Shown here: one piece after another, positions 16,116 through 24,135 of the stretch
Position numbering within the stretch: the first letter of the stretch is position 1
How the letters are laid out: each line of letters begins with the position of its first letter
Virus record (IMG/VR): IMGVR_UViG_3300017747_001938
Span: 1 to 34,709 of that record
Length of the DNA stretch: 34,709 bases
Direction: 5' to 3' (one strand)
From: a virus
Taxonomy: Duplodnaviria; Caudoviricetes
Translations under genes and position numbers: made by a program
The notes under the pieces: generated by a model
Told to the model about the DNA's origin: nothing
The model's input: only the letters and a program-made list of their open reading frames with translations
The model's database searches: none

Positions 16116-17258
16116 TTACAGGCTGTTGGCGATGGCTTCGATGCGCGCGGCGGTGTCGTTGAGGAGGCGGTGAACGTCTCGCATGGCGACGATGCCTTCC
16201 GTCGTGGTGCATTGCGGCAGCGAAGATGTTTTTTCGGCAATGGCGGCAGCGATACTCCGCACCTTGTCGGCATCGGGTGCGCGTGCGGCCTTCTTCTTCG
16301 CGGCTTCCTCGGCCTTCCGCTTGGCCAGTTCAGCAGCGACGCGTTCACGCTCGGCCCGTTCCAGCCGTTCACGCTCCGCGCGTTCGGCAGCGGCTGCTTC
16401 TTGCAGCTTGCGGTGTTCCTCCGCTGCCTTCGCTTCGATTGCCTCTCGCTCTTTGCGTGCGACTTCCGCAGCGGCCTTGCGCTCGGCTTCCACGCGAGCA
16501 CGTTCGGCAGCGGCTTGACGTTCAGCCTCTTCAAGTTCCTTGCGGGCCTTCTCTTCGATGGCCTTGCGTTCTGCCTCAGCCTTGGCACGCTCAGCGGCAG
16601 CGGCCTTGGCCTGTTCCTCAGCCTCTTTGCGGAGGCGTTCGTTCTCGGCACGAATGCGGGCCTCTTCCTCGATCCTGGCCTTCTCAGCGGCGACACGATC
16701 CGCCTCAGCCTTGCGGGCCGCTTCGACGCGGGCTTCATGGGCCAGCCGCGACGAATCGAGCAGTTGCGCGAACGTCGGCTCGGGCATGTTGGCGAGGTCG
16801 TAGAAGGCGGCATCCACGCCATAGGGCTTGAGAAGTTCCAGCCGAGACGATTGCAGCTTGGCCTTGCGAGCAGCTTCGATGCGCTCGGCAAACTTCTCGA
16901 CTTCCTCCATGCGCTGTTCCACCGGCTCAATGAGGTACTTCAAAACATTGGCCATCCCCTCGATCGCCTTGCCTTCGCGGATGGAGGATTCTTTGAGCGC
17001 CTTGCGGGTGTTCTCCACCTTGCACCGCACGGCCTTCAAGTCCTTGCGGAGTTGGCCAGCCTGCTTCATCTCAGTGAGTTGCGTCGGATCGGTCACGTTG
17101 ATTTCGCGGGCCTGTTCCAGCAGTGGCTGCATCTCCGCATGGAGTGGCGCGAACGAGTCCAGCAGGAATTGCGAGCGGTCGGCAGGGATCGACGATTGCT
17201 CTGCGACGATGGCGAGTTCAGCCGTGATGGGCTTGGCTTCTACGGTTTCAACGGGCAT
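16116..17258 (-). CDS. Long coiled-coil phage protein
   Basis: 380 aa, E/A/R/K-rich; the N-terminal LRKDLKAVR.KVE..RKALK...IEPVE pattern is typical of proteins next to phage recombination modules. Confidence 0.75.
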   Translation of the reverse strand: MPVETVEAKPITAELAIVAEQSSIPADRSQFLLDSFAPLHAEMQPLLEQAREINVTDPTQLTEMKQAGQLRKDLKAVRCKVENTRKALKESSIREGKAIEGMANVLKYLIEPVEQRMEEVEKFAERIEAARKAKLQSSRLELLKPYGVDAAFYDLANMPEPTFAQLLDSSRLAHEARVEAARKAEADRVAAEKARIEEEARIRAENERLRKEAEEQAKAAAAERAKAEAERKAIEEKARKELEEAERQAAAERARVEAERKAAAEVARKEREAIEAKAAEEHRKLQEAAAAERAERERLERAERERVAAELAKRKAEEAAKKKAARAPDADKVRSIAAAIAEKTSSLPQCTTTEGIVAMRDVHRLLNDTAARIEAIANSL

Positions 17259-17271
17259 GATCTACCTTTCG

Positions 17272-17406
17272 TTATTTCGCCCGCCGCTGCGTAGCGGCAA
17301 GCTGGGTGAGTTGGCTGATTGCGATCGGCCTGCGGGCCTGGGCGATTCGCATGAGTTGCGCGAGGCGGGCGTCGGTGATGCGGCGGGTGGCGAGGGAGAT
17401 GGTCAT
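17272..17406 (-). CDS. Small basic hypothetical protein (44 aa, not in ORF track)
   Basis: MTISLATRRITDARLAQLMRIAQARRPIAISQLTQLAATQRRAK; ATGA overlap with the upstream gene. Confidence 0.5.
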   Translation of the reverse strand: MTISLATRRITDARLAQLMRIAQARRPIAISQLTQLAATQRRAK

Positions 17407-17600
17407 GGCTTCACCCCCGATGCTTCGCAAATGATTCGATGCACCGCGTCTTTGATACGGTCGATTTCGCGCGGGCCGAGCACCGACATATCAACGTCCT
17501 TTTTGAATGTGCCAATGTCGGCGGTGTACCAGCGGCGATGCGATTCGAGCACCTCGCGGATTTGCCGGGCCTGTTCTTTAATGCGTTCGTTGCGGTTCAT
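17403..17600 (-). CDS. Hypothetical protein
   Basis: 65 aa; ATGA overlaps; SD GGAGG. Confidence 0.65.
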   Translation of the reverse strand: MNRNERIKEQARQIREVLESHRRWYTADIGTFKKDVDMSVLGPREIDRIKDAVHRIICEASGVKP

Positions 17601-17932
17601 GCTGCCTCCTCTCGCGTGTCGTCGTCGCGGCGCGGCGGCTCAGTAGTTTCGAGCGTCTCGATCAGCCCTTCGTCGTCCTCCACGATGAGATGCAACGCCG
17701 CTTCGATGTGCATCAGCGCGTCGGCGGTGAAGCCTTCGCGGCGCACCACGACATCACTGCCCTTGGGCGTGGTGATGGTCATCGTGGTGAGCGTCACGCC
17801 GTGAATCCAAATGCTCGGTGCCTCACCGGGGTTGTCGCTCGTCGCGCGTTCGCCGGGGAAGCGGTGGTAGTGGATGTCAACCGCGAACTCGGTGCCGGTG
17901 CCTTCGCCGATGGTGGTGGTGTGGTGTCTCAT
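17597..17932 (-). CDS. Hypothetical acidic protein
   Basis: 111 aa; ATGA overlaps on both sides. Confidence 0.7.
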   Translation of the reverse strand: MRHHTTTIGEGTGTEFAVDIHYHRFPGERATSDNPGEAPSIWIHGVTLTTMTITTPKGSDVVVRREGFTADALMHIEAALHLIVEDDEGLIETLETTEPPRRDDDTREEAA

Positions 17933-18123
17933 TTCACACCCGCCCCTGCCAAAGCAGCGTCAATTGCAGCGAGGTCTGCGCTGGTCGGCTCGATCTCCTC
18001 TGCGTCGTCGTCGAGGCGGTCAAGCTCCAGTTGCACGTACGCGCGTGCTGTGAGCAGCGCGGCAACCAGCCGCCTCGTAACAGTTTTTGCTTGACTCGCT
18101 TTTGAAACCGGATATGCTGGCAT
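17929..18123 (-). CDS. Hypothetical protein
   Basis: ATG 18123 with SD GGAG; 64 aa, helical. Confidence 0.6.
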   Translation of the reverse strand: MPAYPVSKASQAKTVTRRLVAALLTARAYVQLELDRLDDDAEEIEPTSADLAAIDAALAGAGVK

Positions 18124-18214
18124 TCGTTGCTCCATTTCTGCGGCACACCCCGTCAAGAGTTCGCCGCGTGAAACCGGCCCGCCGACCAGAGGCCGACAGA
18201 CCAGCGAGTAAAAG

Positions 18215-18412
18215 TCAATTGTGCGATTCCGTGGCGCGTCCCTGCGCCCCGATGGAGTCCGTCCCCGACTTGGCGGCCAGCAGCTTAACCGCGATCTGCC
18301 ACCACGCTGCCGACCGCAGGCCACTGGCCTTGATCGTCTTTCGCAGCTTGGCCGCATCGGTTGGCCGGATGCGAAAGCAGGCAATTCGCGGCTTGTTCTT
18401 TTCTTCAACCAT
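18215..18412 (-). CDS. Putative ribbon-helix-helix (Arc/CopG-like) regulator
   Basis: Alternating beta-strand IACFRI followed by two helices separated by GL(R)S; first gene of the early operon. Confidence 0.55.
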   Translation of the reverse strand: MVEEKNKPRIACFRIRPTDAAKLRKTIKASGLRSAAWWQIAVKLLAAKSGTDSIGAQGRATESHN

Positions 18413-18418
18413 GCGAGC

Positions 18419-18446
18419 ATCATAAGCGATTGTATTACGCTGTCAA
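18419..18446 (-). promoter_or_regulatory. Early promoter (near-consensus sigma70), predicted leaderless transcript
   Basis: TTGACA (18446-18441), 16 bp, TATGAT (18424-18419), then 6 nt to ATG 18412. Confidence 0.75.
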
Positions 18447-18563
18447 CATCACTATCGCCATTTTGCGGAAGATTCTTTAGCCGATGCGAAAACATCGGAA
18501 AACGTAGGGTAAAATACATTATTCGCCTATGTGCATAAGATGTGGAAAACCTTGGAGCGTGAC

Positions 18564-18869
18564 ATGGATCATCAGATTGTGGCCATCATCGTTGCCGCGT
18601 TGCTCATTGTTTTGGTCGTGCTGCTTGGCGGCTTGCCGGGGCACATCGCGCGAAAACGCGGGCACCCCAGCGCCGATGCGGTGGCCGTCGCAGGGTGGAT
18701 TGGCATCTTTACCTTCGGCATCATCTGGCTGATTGCGTTGATATGGGCGCACGCCGGGCCTGACAATGGGCGAAGGATAACGCGGGCAACTGGTCGTCGG
18801 GTGGTGGCGCGTCGCGGGTGTTCGCGTGATGATGACGCGGTGGATGCGTTGGAGCAATTGGGCGGTTAA
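18564..18869 (+). CDS. DUF3302 / superinfection-immunity (Imm)-like membrane protein
   Basis: LPGHIARKRGHPSADAV.VAGWIGIFT.G.IW.IALIWA signature; SD GGAG; only convincing plus-strand gene. Confidence 0.8.
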   Translation: MDHQIVAIIVAALLIVLVVLLGGLPGHIARKRGHPSADAVAVAGWIGIFTFGIIWLIALIWAHAGPDNGRRITRATGRRVVARRGCSRDDDAVDALEQLGG

Positions 18870-19381
18870 TTTGCCGCAGTTGCCGCATCTGCGGGTTTCG
18901 CTGCACTTGCCGCCGATGCCGCAAGCCATGCGTCGATGCTCGGCTGATCGAATCGCCACGCCTTCCCGTCCTTCCACGCGCCGGGTATTTCACCCTTGCT
19001 CGCGCGGTCCTGAATCTCCCGCGTCGAAAGCTGCATCTTCGCCGCAAGCTGTGCGGTGGTGTAGGTGCCGGGCTTTGGCGCTGCATCATCCACGCTGATG
19101 GACTGGCTCACAGTCTGCGAGGGCGCGGTCAGTTTGCCCCAGGATGTGTTCGCAATGGACGCGAGGATAGCCGTCCCGAACACGATCACCACGCCGATAG
19201 CCAGCTTGATGTAGAATTTCACTTCCCTTACCTCGCCGACAATGCCAAGCCGGTCCGCGCCATCGCCGAACATCACCGGATGGACGCCGTGGGTGTTGGT
19301 CTGCTGATGCCCGAACATGTGGCGTTCAAGTGTTTCGATCCTCGGCATGGCTGGGCACTCGCATTGTTTTTGATCTGGCAT
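18866..19381 (-). CDS. Membrane-anchored protein with C-terminal excisionase-type (HTH_17/MerR-like) domain
   Basis: TM LAIGVVIVFGTAILASIA; C-terminal YTTAQLAAKMQLSTREIQDRASKGEIPGAWKDGKAWRFDQPSIDAWL. Confidence 0.75.
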   Translation of the reverse strand: MPDQKQCECPAMPRIETLERHMFGHQQTNTHGVHPVMFGDGADRLGIVGEVREVKFYIKLAIGVVIVFGTAILASIANTSWGKLTAPSQTVSQSISVDDAAPKPGTYTTAQLAAKMQLSTREIQDRASKGEIPGAWKDGKAWRFDQPSIDAWLAASAASAAKPADAATAAN

Positions 19382-19402
19382 TTCGTTGGCTCCCGGCTAG
19401 CT

Positions 19403-19648
19403 TCATTGCTTCAAACCGCTCTGCAACATTCTATCAAACTGCTTGCGCCATTCGTCGTGTTGCTTGTGGCTTCTGATCGCCCCGCGAATCACCGCATCGT
19501 CCAGCTTCTGGCGAATGGCGGCGCTGTCCGCGACCACCTGCGCCGTTCGCTTCGCCCGTCGCCACGCACCGGCCACGAGGGCGAGCACGAGGGCGAGGAT
19601 GGCGATGACCACCAGCGCCTCGAGGAGGGTGAAGGCGTGTGTCTTCAC
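19403..19648 (-). CDS. Mini type IV prepilin-like protein (class III signal peptide)
   Basis: GTG 19648 overlaps the upstream stop (GTGA). MKTHA|FTLLEALVVIAILALVLALV has Phe+1 and Glu+5; 81 aa. Confidence 0.8.
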   Translation of the reverse strand: MKTHAFTLLEALVVIAILALVLALVAGAWRRAKRTAQVVADSAAIRQKLDDAVIRGAIRSHKQHDEWRKQFDRMLQSGLKQ

Positions 19649-19869
19649 TCGCTCGCCTGCCCGCAGCATCCGCCCTGCTTCATGCGGCGGGCCTCTTGCG
19701 CGGGGTCGAAGCCCTCGGGCATTCGTTGCGGTGGCAGCGGCTCAGGCTTGACGCGGCACTCGCTGCGAATCACCTTGCCGCCGCCGTCAAACTCCACCAC
19801 CCCGACGCACTCGGGCCGGTCGAACTTGATGAGCACGCCCCCTGTTTTTGTGCGGGCTGTCGATGTCAT
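19645..19869 (-). CDS. Small hypothetical protein ending GGCCG
   Basis: 74 aa; 4-bp overlaps on both sides. Confidence 0.65.
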   Translation of the reverse strand: MTSTARTKTGGVLIKFDRPECVGVVEFDGGGKVIRSECRVKPEPLPPQRMPEGFDPAQEARRMKQGGCCGQASE

Positions 19870-20486
19870 GCGAGCCTCGGGGTGATGGTGCCTATCGACA
19901 CAAAAAGATTATTCACATCACAGGTAAAGCCGCCGTTGTGCGAAAACGTGTAGCCTAAAAAGCGGTCCACGGTGTCGGCTGATCGCAGGTAAGAGAACAC
20001 GCGGAAGTCGTCGGCCTGCGTGTTTGCCGAGTCGCCAAGATAGGCGTCGATGCTGGTGATTGATCCAAGCGCAGGCGCGCCCGTTCCATCAGCCAGCACC
20101 ACGCGGATGTAGAGCCAGTCACGCACGACGGTCGAGAGCGTTGCGCCCGCGCAAGCCTCTTCTGCGTGCAGCGTGCGGGTCGCGCCGCTCACTGAGTGCC
20201 GCCCGCGCTGGTCGCATGTGGTGATGAAGTCCACGCCGATGCTGGTGATGTGGCCAGAGGTCGAGTAGGTGCCGTTGAGCGATCCGTGGTAGGTGAAGCT
20301 GCGCGTGGTCGGAAAGCCTGTGCCCGCGTAGCACCCGCCGCACTCAAGCGCGCCGAACCCGTCGAGCTCCACTTCGAGCGTGAAGTAGTCCGCGTCGGGG
20401 TCGAATATCTCGGAGAGGCATTCGACACCGGGGCAGCAGCACGCGCGGTGCAGCGACTGCTGGAGTTGTGAGCGTTGCGGGATCAT
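19866..20486 (-). CDS. Cys-rich putative tail-tip protein
   Basis: 206 aa, RACCCPGVEC and CGGC motifs, beta-rich; located in the tail cluster. Confidence 0.6.
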   Translation of the reverse strand: MIPQRSQLQQSLHRACCCPGVECLSEIFDPDADYFTLEVELDGFGALECGGCYAGTGFPTTRSFTYHGSLNGTYSTSGHITSIGVDFITTCDQRGRHSVSGATRTLHAEEACAGATLSTVVRDWLYIRVVLADGTGAPALGSITSIDAYLGDSANTQADDFRVFSYLRSADTVDRFLGYTFSHNGGFTCDVNNLFVSIGTITPRLA

Positions 20487-21427
20487 GCGATTGTGAATGT
20501 CTCCCCGCCCGGCCCGGTGTAGGTGAAGGATCGCACGCCAGCGCCGCAGACGAACGCGGTTGAACCGAGTCGGCCCAAGGGGTCGAGCACCACCGCGTCC
20601 TCGCTGAGGATGTTCACGGTGGTCAGCGTGATCGCGCCGGTGGCCTGTGACAGGTCAAGGGTGCCGTACAAGTTGAGCGTGGTGATCGTCGCCGCTGCCG
20701 ACCACTTGAACAGCGTGGTGCCGGGGTAGACGGTCATCGTGGTGATGGTGCCCGTGCAGTAGTCGTAACCGCTGCCGCCCTTCATGCTCCAAGTGGTCAG
20801 CGCCCCACTGCCGTATCGACTCACGGTGCCATTGCTTTGATTGAGCGTGGTGGCCGCTGATCGGAACGAAAGCAGCGACTGCGCCCCATCAAGGTTGATC
20901 GTGGTCAGCGTGCAGCCACCAGCGAGATTGAGCGTGCCGCCGAACTGGTTCACCGTGGCGAGTGTCGCGGTGTCGTCGGGGTCATTTGTCGCAACGCCCA
21001 TGATGCCGCCGTACATATTCAGCACGTTGCTGGCGTTGGTGCCGCGCCATCGGAACGGCTCGAAGCCGGTGTCGGCGGAAGTCGTCGCGGTGTAGAAGCA
21101 TGACACCGTGCAGACATCCGAACCGCTCGCGATCTTGATGCGGTCGCTGCCCGCCTGCGAAGTCGTTTGAACGCCAAGTTGTCTGCCGACGTTGAGAATC
21201 ACCGGGCCGATCTGTAATTCAGAAGTCGCCGTGCCGATGTCGCCGGTGAAGCTGCGCTCGGCCTCAAGGATCGCCGGTTGGATCGCCGACTGATTCAGCG
21301 TGCTGATGATGTTCGCAGTGGAGTTGCGAAGGTAGACGCCATCGGCATCAACGGGGACCGCTTCCGTATCCCATGAGCCAGTCGCGCCCCAGTCCGTTGA
21401 GCCAGAAACCAATACTGGATTTGGCAT
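20483..21427 (-). CDS. Putative tail spike/receptor-binding protein (beta-helix-like)
   Basis: Thr/Gly-rich repeats: TLATVNQFGGTL, TLTTINLDG, ATTLNQSNGTV, TITTMTVYPG, TITTLNLYGTL. Confidence 0.65.
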   Translation of the reverse strand: MPNPVLVSGSTDWGATGSWDTEAVPVDADGVYLRNSTANIISTLNQSAIQPAILEAERSFTGDIGTATSELQIGPVILNVGRQLGVQTTSQAGSDRIKIASGSDVCTVSCFYTATTSADTGFEPFRWRGTNASNVLNMYGGIMGVATNDPDDTATLATVNQFGGTLNLAGGCTLTTINLDGAQSLLSFRSAATTLNQSNGTVSRYGSGALTTWSMKGGSGYDYCTGTITTMTVYPGTTLFKWSAAATITTLNLYGTLDLSQATGAITLTTVNILSEDAVVLDPLGRLGSTAFVCGAGVRSFTYTGPGGETFTIA

Positions 21428-21439
21428 TGTGGTAGTCCT

Positions 21440-21946
21440 TTATGTGCAAGTTCCGTCTTCGCCGTTTGGTACCGGGAAGATCCACGCTTCCTGCGTGAAT
21501 GAGCCTGAGCCATCACCAGCGAGGATGACGGTGAACGGCACGATTGCGTTAACCTGCAGCGCCTGCATCTTGAACCCCGCCGGGTAATCCGCGCCGTCGT
21601 GGTCGATGCCGTTCATCTGCCGCCCGGTGCCGGCGTTGCCATCCTCGCCAAAGTTGTAAGCCGTCCCGCGAAAGCCAGCGCCCTCGGGCAGCACAGTCCA
21701 CACCGCTGCTGCTGAGGTCGTGTAGCCGCGTGCGGTTTTGTAGACCTCGTGCAGTTCGTAGGTCCACTGAACCGGGTTGGTGTTCGCGTCCACGATGGTG
21801 CCTGCGGTGGCGCTGATGATTTTTCCGAAGCGAAACGCTTTGCCGTGGCCCGTGCCGCCCGCCTGCGCGTTGCTCATTGGATCGCCGCGCCTCATGTCGT
21901 TGAGGCGTGCAGCGGTGATCTCATCGCCAGACTTCCAGGGTTTCAT
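21440..21946 (-). CDS. Putative minor tail protein
   Basis: MKPWKSGDEITAARLN N-terminus, a motif common in tail-tip proteins; ATGA overlap; ends DGTCT. Confidence 0.65.
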   Translation of the reverse strand: MKPWKSGDEITAARLNDMRRGDPMSNAQAGGTGHGKAFRFGKIISATAGTIVDANTNPVQWTYELHEVYKTARGYTTSAAAVWTVLPEGAGFRGTAYNFGEDGNAGTGRQMNGIDHDGADYPAGFKMQALQVNAIVPFTVILAGDGSGSFTQEAWIFPVPNGEDGTCT

Positions 21947-22821
21947 GGGGTGTCGATGTTGGATGGAAGCACGAGGTTCATGCGGGAGAAGTCGGAAGTG
22001 TTCTGCACGCGCACAATGGTCATGCCGTTGAATGTTCGCTGGTCTGGCTTGCCCGCAGGCGCGGTGCCGCCACATGAGGCAAGGCGCAGCCGTGGTGGAT
22101 TCGCTTCAAGTGATGGCGATGGATCAACCTTCGCAAGCGTGCCGTCCTCTTTTTTGTAGACGATGCCCTTGAGCCACCCGAACTGATTGCCCCAAAATTC
22201 GTAGGTGACGCTGTAGGTCTTGCCGCGATCTGAACTGCTCGCGCGGACGGCGGCGCACAGCCAGTATTCAGCCGGGAAGAAAAAGAACACGCCACTGTTG
22301 GTGGTGCCTACGTGCCGGTTCTGTGCATAGATCGGCAGGGTGTTTTCGACGCGGGTCACACGCAGCACGGTGACGGGCACCCATTTCGTTGTCTCGCCTG
22401 TCTGCGGCACGAGGTCTGTGTTGACGGTGCCGTCAGGGTTGTTGCGGCTGATCGCGGGATTGTGGCCGACCTGGATTGCGTTGCCGCTCGCGTCGAGGCT
22501 TGTGTCCTCCTCCACCACGCTGGAGTCCAAGTCGAATTGATTCGCCGATCCGCCGCCGGAGTCGGTGTTCTCGTTGGGGCCGTACTGCACCTCCACCAGT
22601 GCGGCGAAGTTGCCTCGCATCTCCACGAGGCGCGGGCCGCTCACCACCTTCAAGCCCGGCAGATACTCGTGCGGGTCGTCGCGTTGCGGGATTCCGCCGG
22701 CGGTGATGGCCTGGGCCATCACTTCGTGCGTGCTGCCACTCAATCCGGTGACGTGATACCGAAGCGTGCCGCCGTCCGTGGCGTCCATCGTCGCGCCGTC
22801 AAGTTGTGCTTTTACTGCCAT
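21943..22821 (-). CDS. Putative distal tail/hub protein
   Basis: 292 aa directly downstream of the tape measure gene; GIPQRDDPH..LPGL motif. Confidence 0.65.
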   Translation of the reverse strand: MAVKAQLDGATMDATDGGTLRYHVTGLSGSTHEVMAQAITAGGIPQRDDPHEYLPGLKVVSGPRLVEMRGNFAALVEVQYGPNENTDSGGGSANQFDLDSSVVEEDTSLDASGNAIQVGHNPAISRNNPDGTVNTDLVPQTGETTKWVPVTVLRVTRVENTLPIYAQNRHVGTTNSGVFFFFPAEYWLCAAVRASSSDRGKTYSVTYEFWGNQFGWLKGIVYKKEDGTLAKVDPSPSLEANPPRLRLASCGGTAPAGKPDQRTFNGMTIVRVQNTSDFSRMNLVLPSNIDTP

Positions 22822-22824
22822 GCG

Positions 22825-23616
22825 TTACCCCGCGACCGCGGACGATCGCCGCGCCTGAATGTTGTAAATCGCCTGAAGCAGCGAGTTGGTTTTTTCTTGC
22901 CCTCGCTTGTCGGGCGGATTGACGTTGCGAGTGCTCATCCCTAGGCCGATGTTGGTGGCGCTCAGCGACAACGTATCCCGCATCTTTGCCGCCTCGGGGC
23001 GCGTGTCGAGCTTGAAACGCTGTTCGGCCAGGCGGCGGATTTCATCCTGCGTCGCTTGGTCTAATCCTGAAATCCCGGAAGTGGCATCATCGAGCGCGAA
23101 CTGTGCCTGCATCCGCTTGCGGGCCGCATCGTCGGGTGCGCCAAGCATCGCCGTCTCGCGAGTGAGATCGCGGATGCGGCGCTGGGCATCCTCTGCCGAT
23201 TTCAGAAGCCGCTGCTGCCGACGTTCGTTAGCTTCTGTTTCTTGCTGAATCTTTGCAGCCTCTGCGTCGTCATCCACAAATCCACTGCCGACAAACTGGC
23301 CCAATTTGACCAGATCGCCAAAAAGAGGAACAGCCTTGAGTTTGGTGGCGAAATTGTTGGCAGACTCGTAAGCCTTGCCGAGGTTGCCATCGATGCGTGC
23401 GGTGATGTATTCAAAGCCAGCGAATGCGATTTCCGTGGCCGATGCCACGGCTTTGATGCCCGCCGCCAGTTTGCCAAAGCTCAGCGCCTGCGTCAGCGAC
23501 TTTTCCATTCGCGATCCAGCCGCGATTGTGTTTCGCTCGGTCGTGCGCAGCGTGCGATCAAGGGCGTCGGCGCGCCCTTTGATCTCAACATTCAGCGTGC
23601 CTACGGTTTCAGCCAT
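22825..23616 (-). CDS. Tape measure protein (very short)
   Basis: TMP-type N-terminus MAETVGTLNVEIKG; helical; follows the frameshifted chaperone; C-terminal EKTNSLLQAI. Confidence 0.75.
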   Translation of the reverse strand: MAETVGTLNVEIKGRADALDRTLRTTERNTIAAGSRMEKSLTQALSFGKLAAGIKAVASATEIAFAGFEYITARIDGNLGKAYESANNFATKLKAVPLFGDLVKLGQFVGSGFVDDDAEAAKIQQETEANERRQQRLLKSAEDAQRRIRDLTRETAMLGAPDDAARKRMQAQFALDDATSGISGLDQATQDEIRRLAEQRFKLDTRPEAAKMRDTLSLSATNIGLGMSTRNVNPPDKRGQEKTNSLLQAIYNIQARRSSAVAG

Positions 23617-23812
23617 CGGTAAGTCTCAACTTTCGGGCCTCGCGTTCAACCTTGAGCCGATGATTCTCTTCGCCTGCTTTTTCGCTTTCGATTGCCGCGA
23701 TATTTTCCAGCCGCGTGAACGTCTGGTGGAAAGTCAGCGCCATCGGATCGGTGCCGGGGAAGTAATGCCGAATCTTGTCATCAATCAATGACCAGTCTTC
23801 GGCGTCTCCGCT
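23609..23812 (-). CDS. Frameshift extension of the tail assembly chaperone (gpGT-like)
   Basis: The -1 frame is open from the slippery site to 23609 (SGDAEDWSLIDDKIRHYFPGTDPMALT...) and ends overlapping the TMP start. Confidence 0.75.
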   Translation of the reverse strand, partial: SGDAEDWSLIDDKIRHYFPGTDPMALTFHQTFTRLENIAAIESEKAGEENHRLKVEREARKLRLTDG

Positions 23813-24135
23813 AAAGGGGGCTGCGGGTCGCCCTCCTCTTGTGAGGTGAAGGCACCGAGCACGCGGTCGATCAATTGGCCGATGATTTCGCTTTTTTGTT
23901 GCACCGATGCGAACGTCGCAACATCCTTTTCGTCCATCCCGCCAGCGACGGCCAGCGCGTGATCCATCCCGGCGATTGAGCCGACGTAGCGGATGATGTC
24001 GCTGTAGGAGACAAGGGCGATTTCGATCTTGGAGAGCGGCAGGCGCGCAGCCATCGCCACAAGCTGCTGCTTGGTCCACGGCTTCCACGTTCGTCCGAGC
24101 CTTTCGATCGGTGCGGCGTTGTCGTAAAGGATCAT
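23785..24135 (-). CDS. Tail assembly chaperone (gpG-like)
   Basis: Located between tail tube and TMP and carries the slippery site. Confidence 0.75.
   Translation of the reverse strand: MILYDNAAPIERLGRTWKPWTKQQLVAMAARLPLSKIEIALVSYSDIIRYVGSIAGMDHALAVAGGMDEKDVATFASVQQKSEIIGQLIDRVLGAFTSQEEGDPQPPLAETPKTGH
23812..23818 (-). other. -1 programmed ribosomal frameshift slippery site C CCT TTA
   Basis: X XXY YYZ heptamer in the correct phase near the 3' end of the chaperone gene. Confidence 0.8.

Noticed and set aside
16116-17258. Coiled-coil protein as TolA or as a second tape measure protein
   Set aside because: The similarity is only low-complexity E/A/R/K composition. There is no TM anchor and it lies in the early operon.
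19866-21427. Diversity-generating retroelement or invertible tail-fibre cassette
   Set aside because: No reverse transcriptase or serine invertase, and no template/variable repeat pair was seen.
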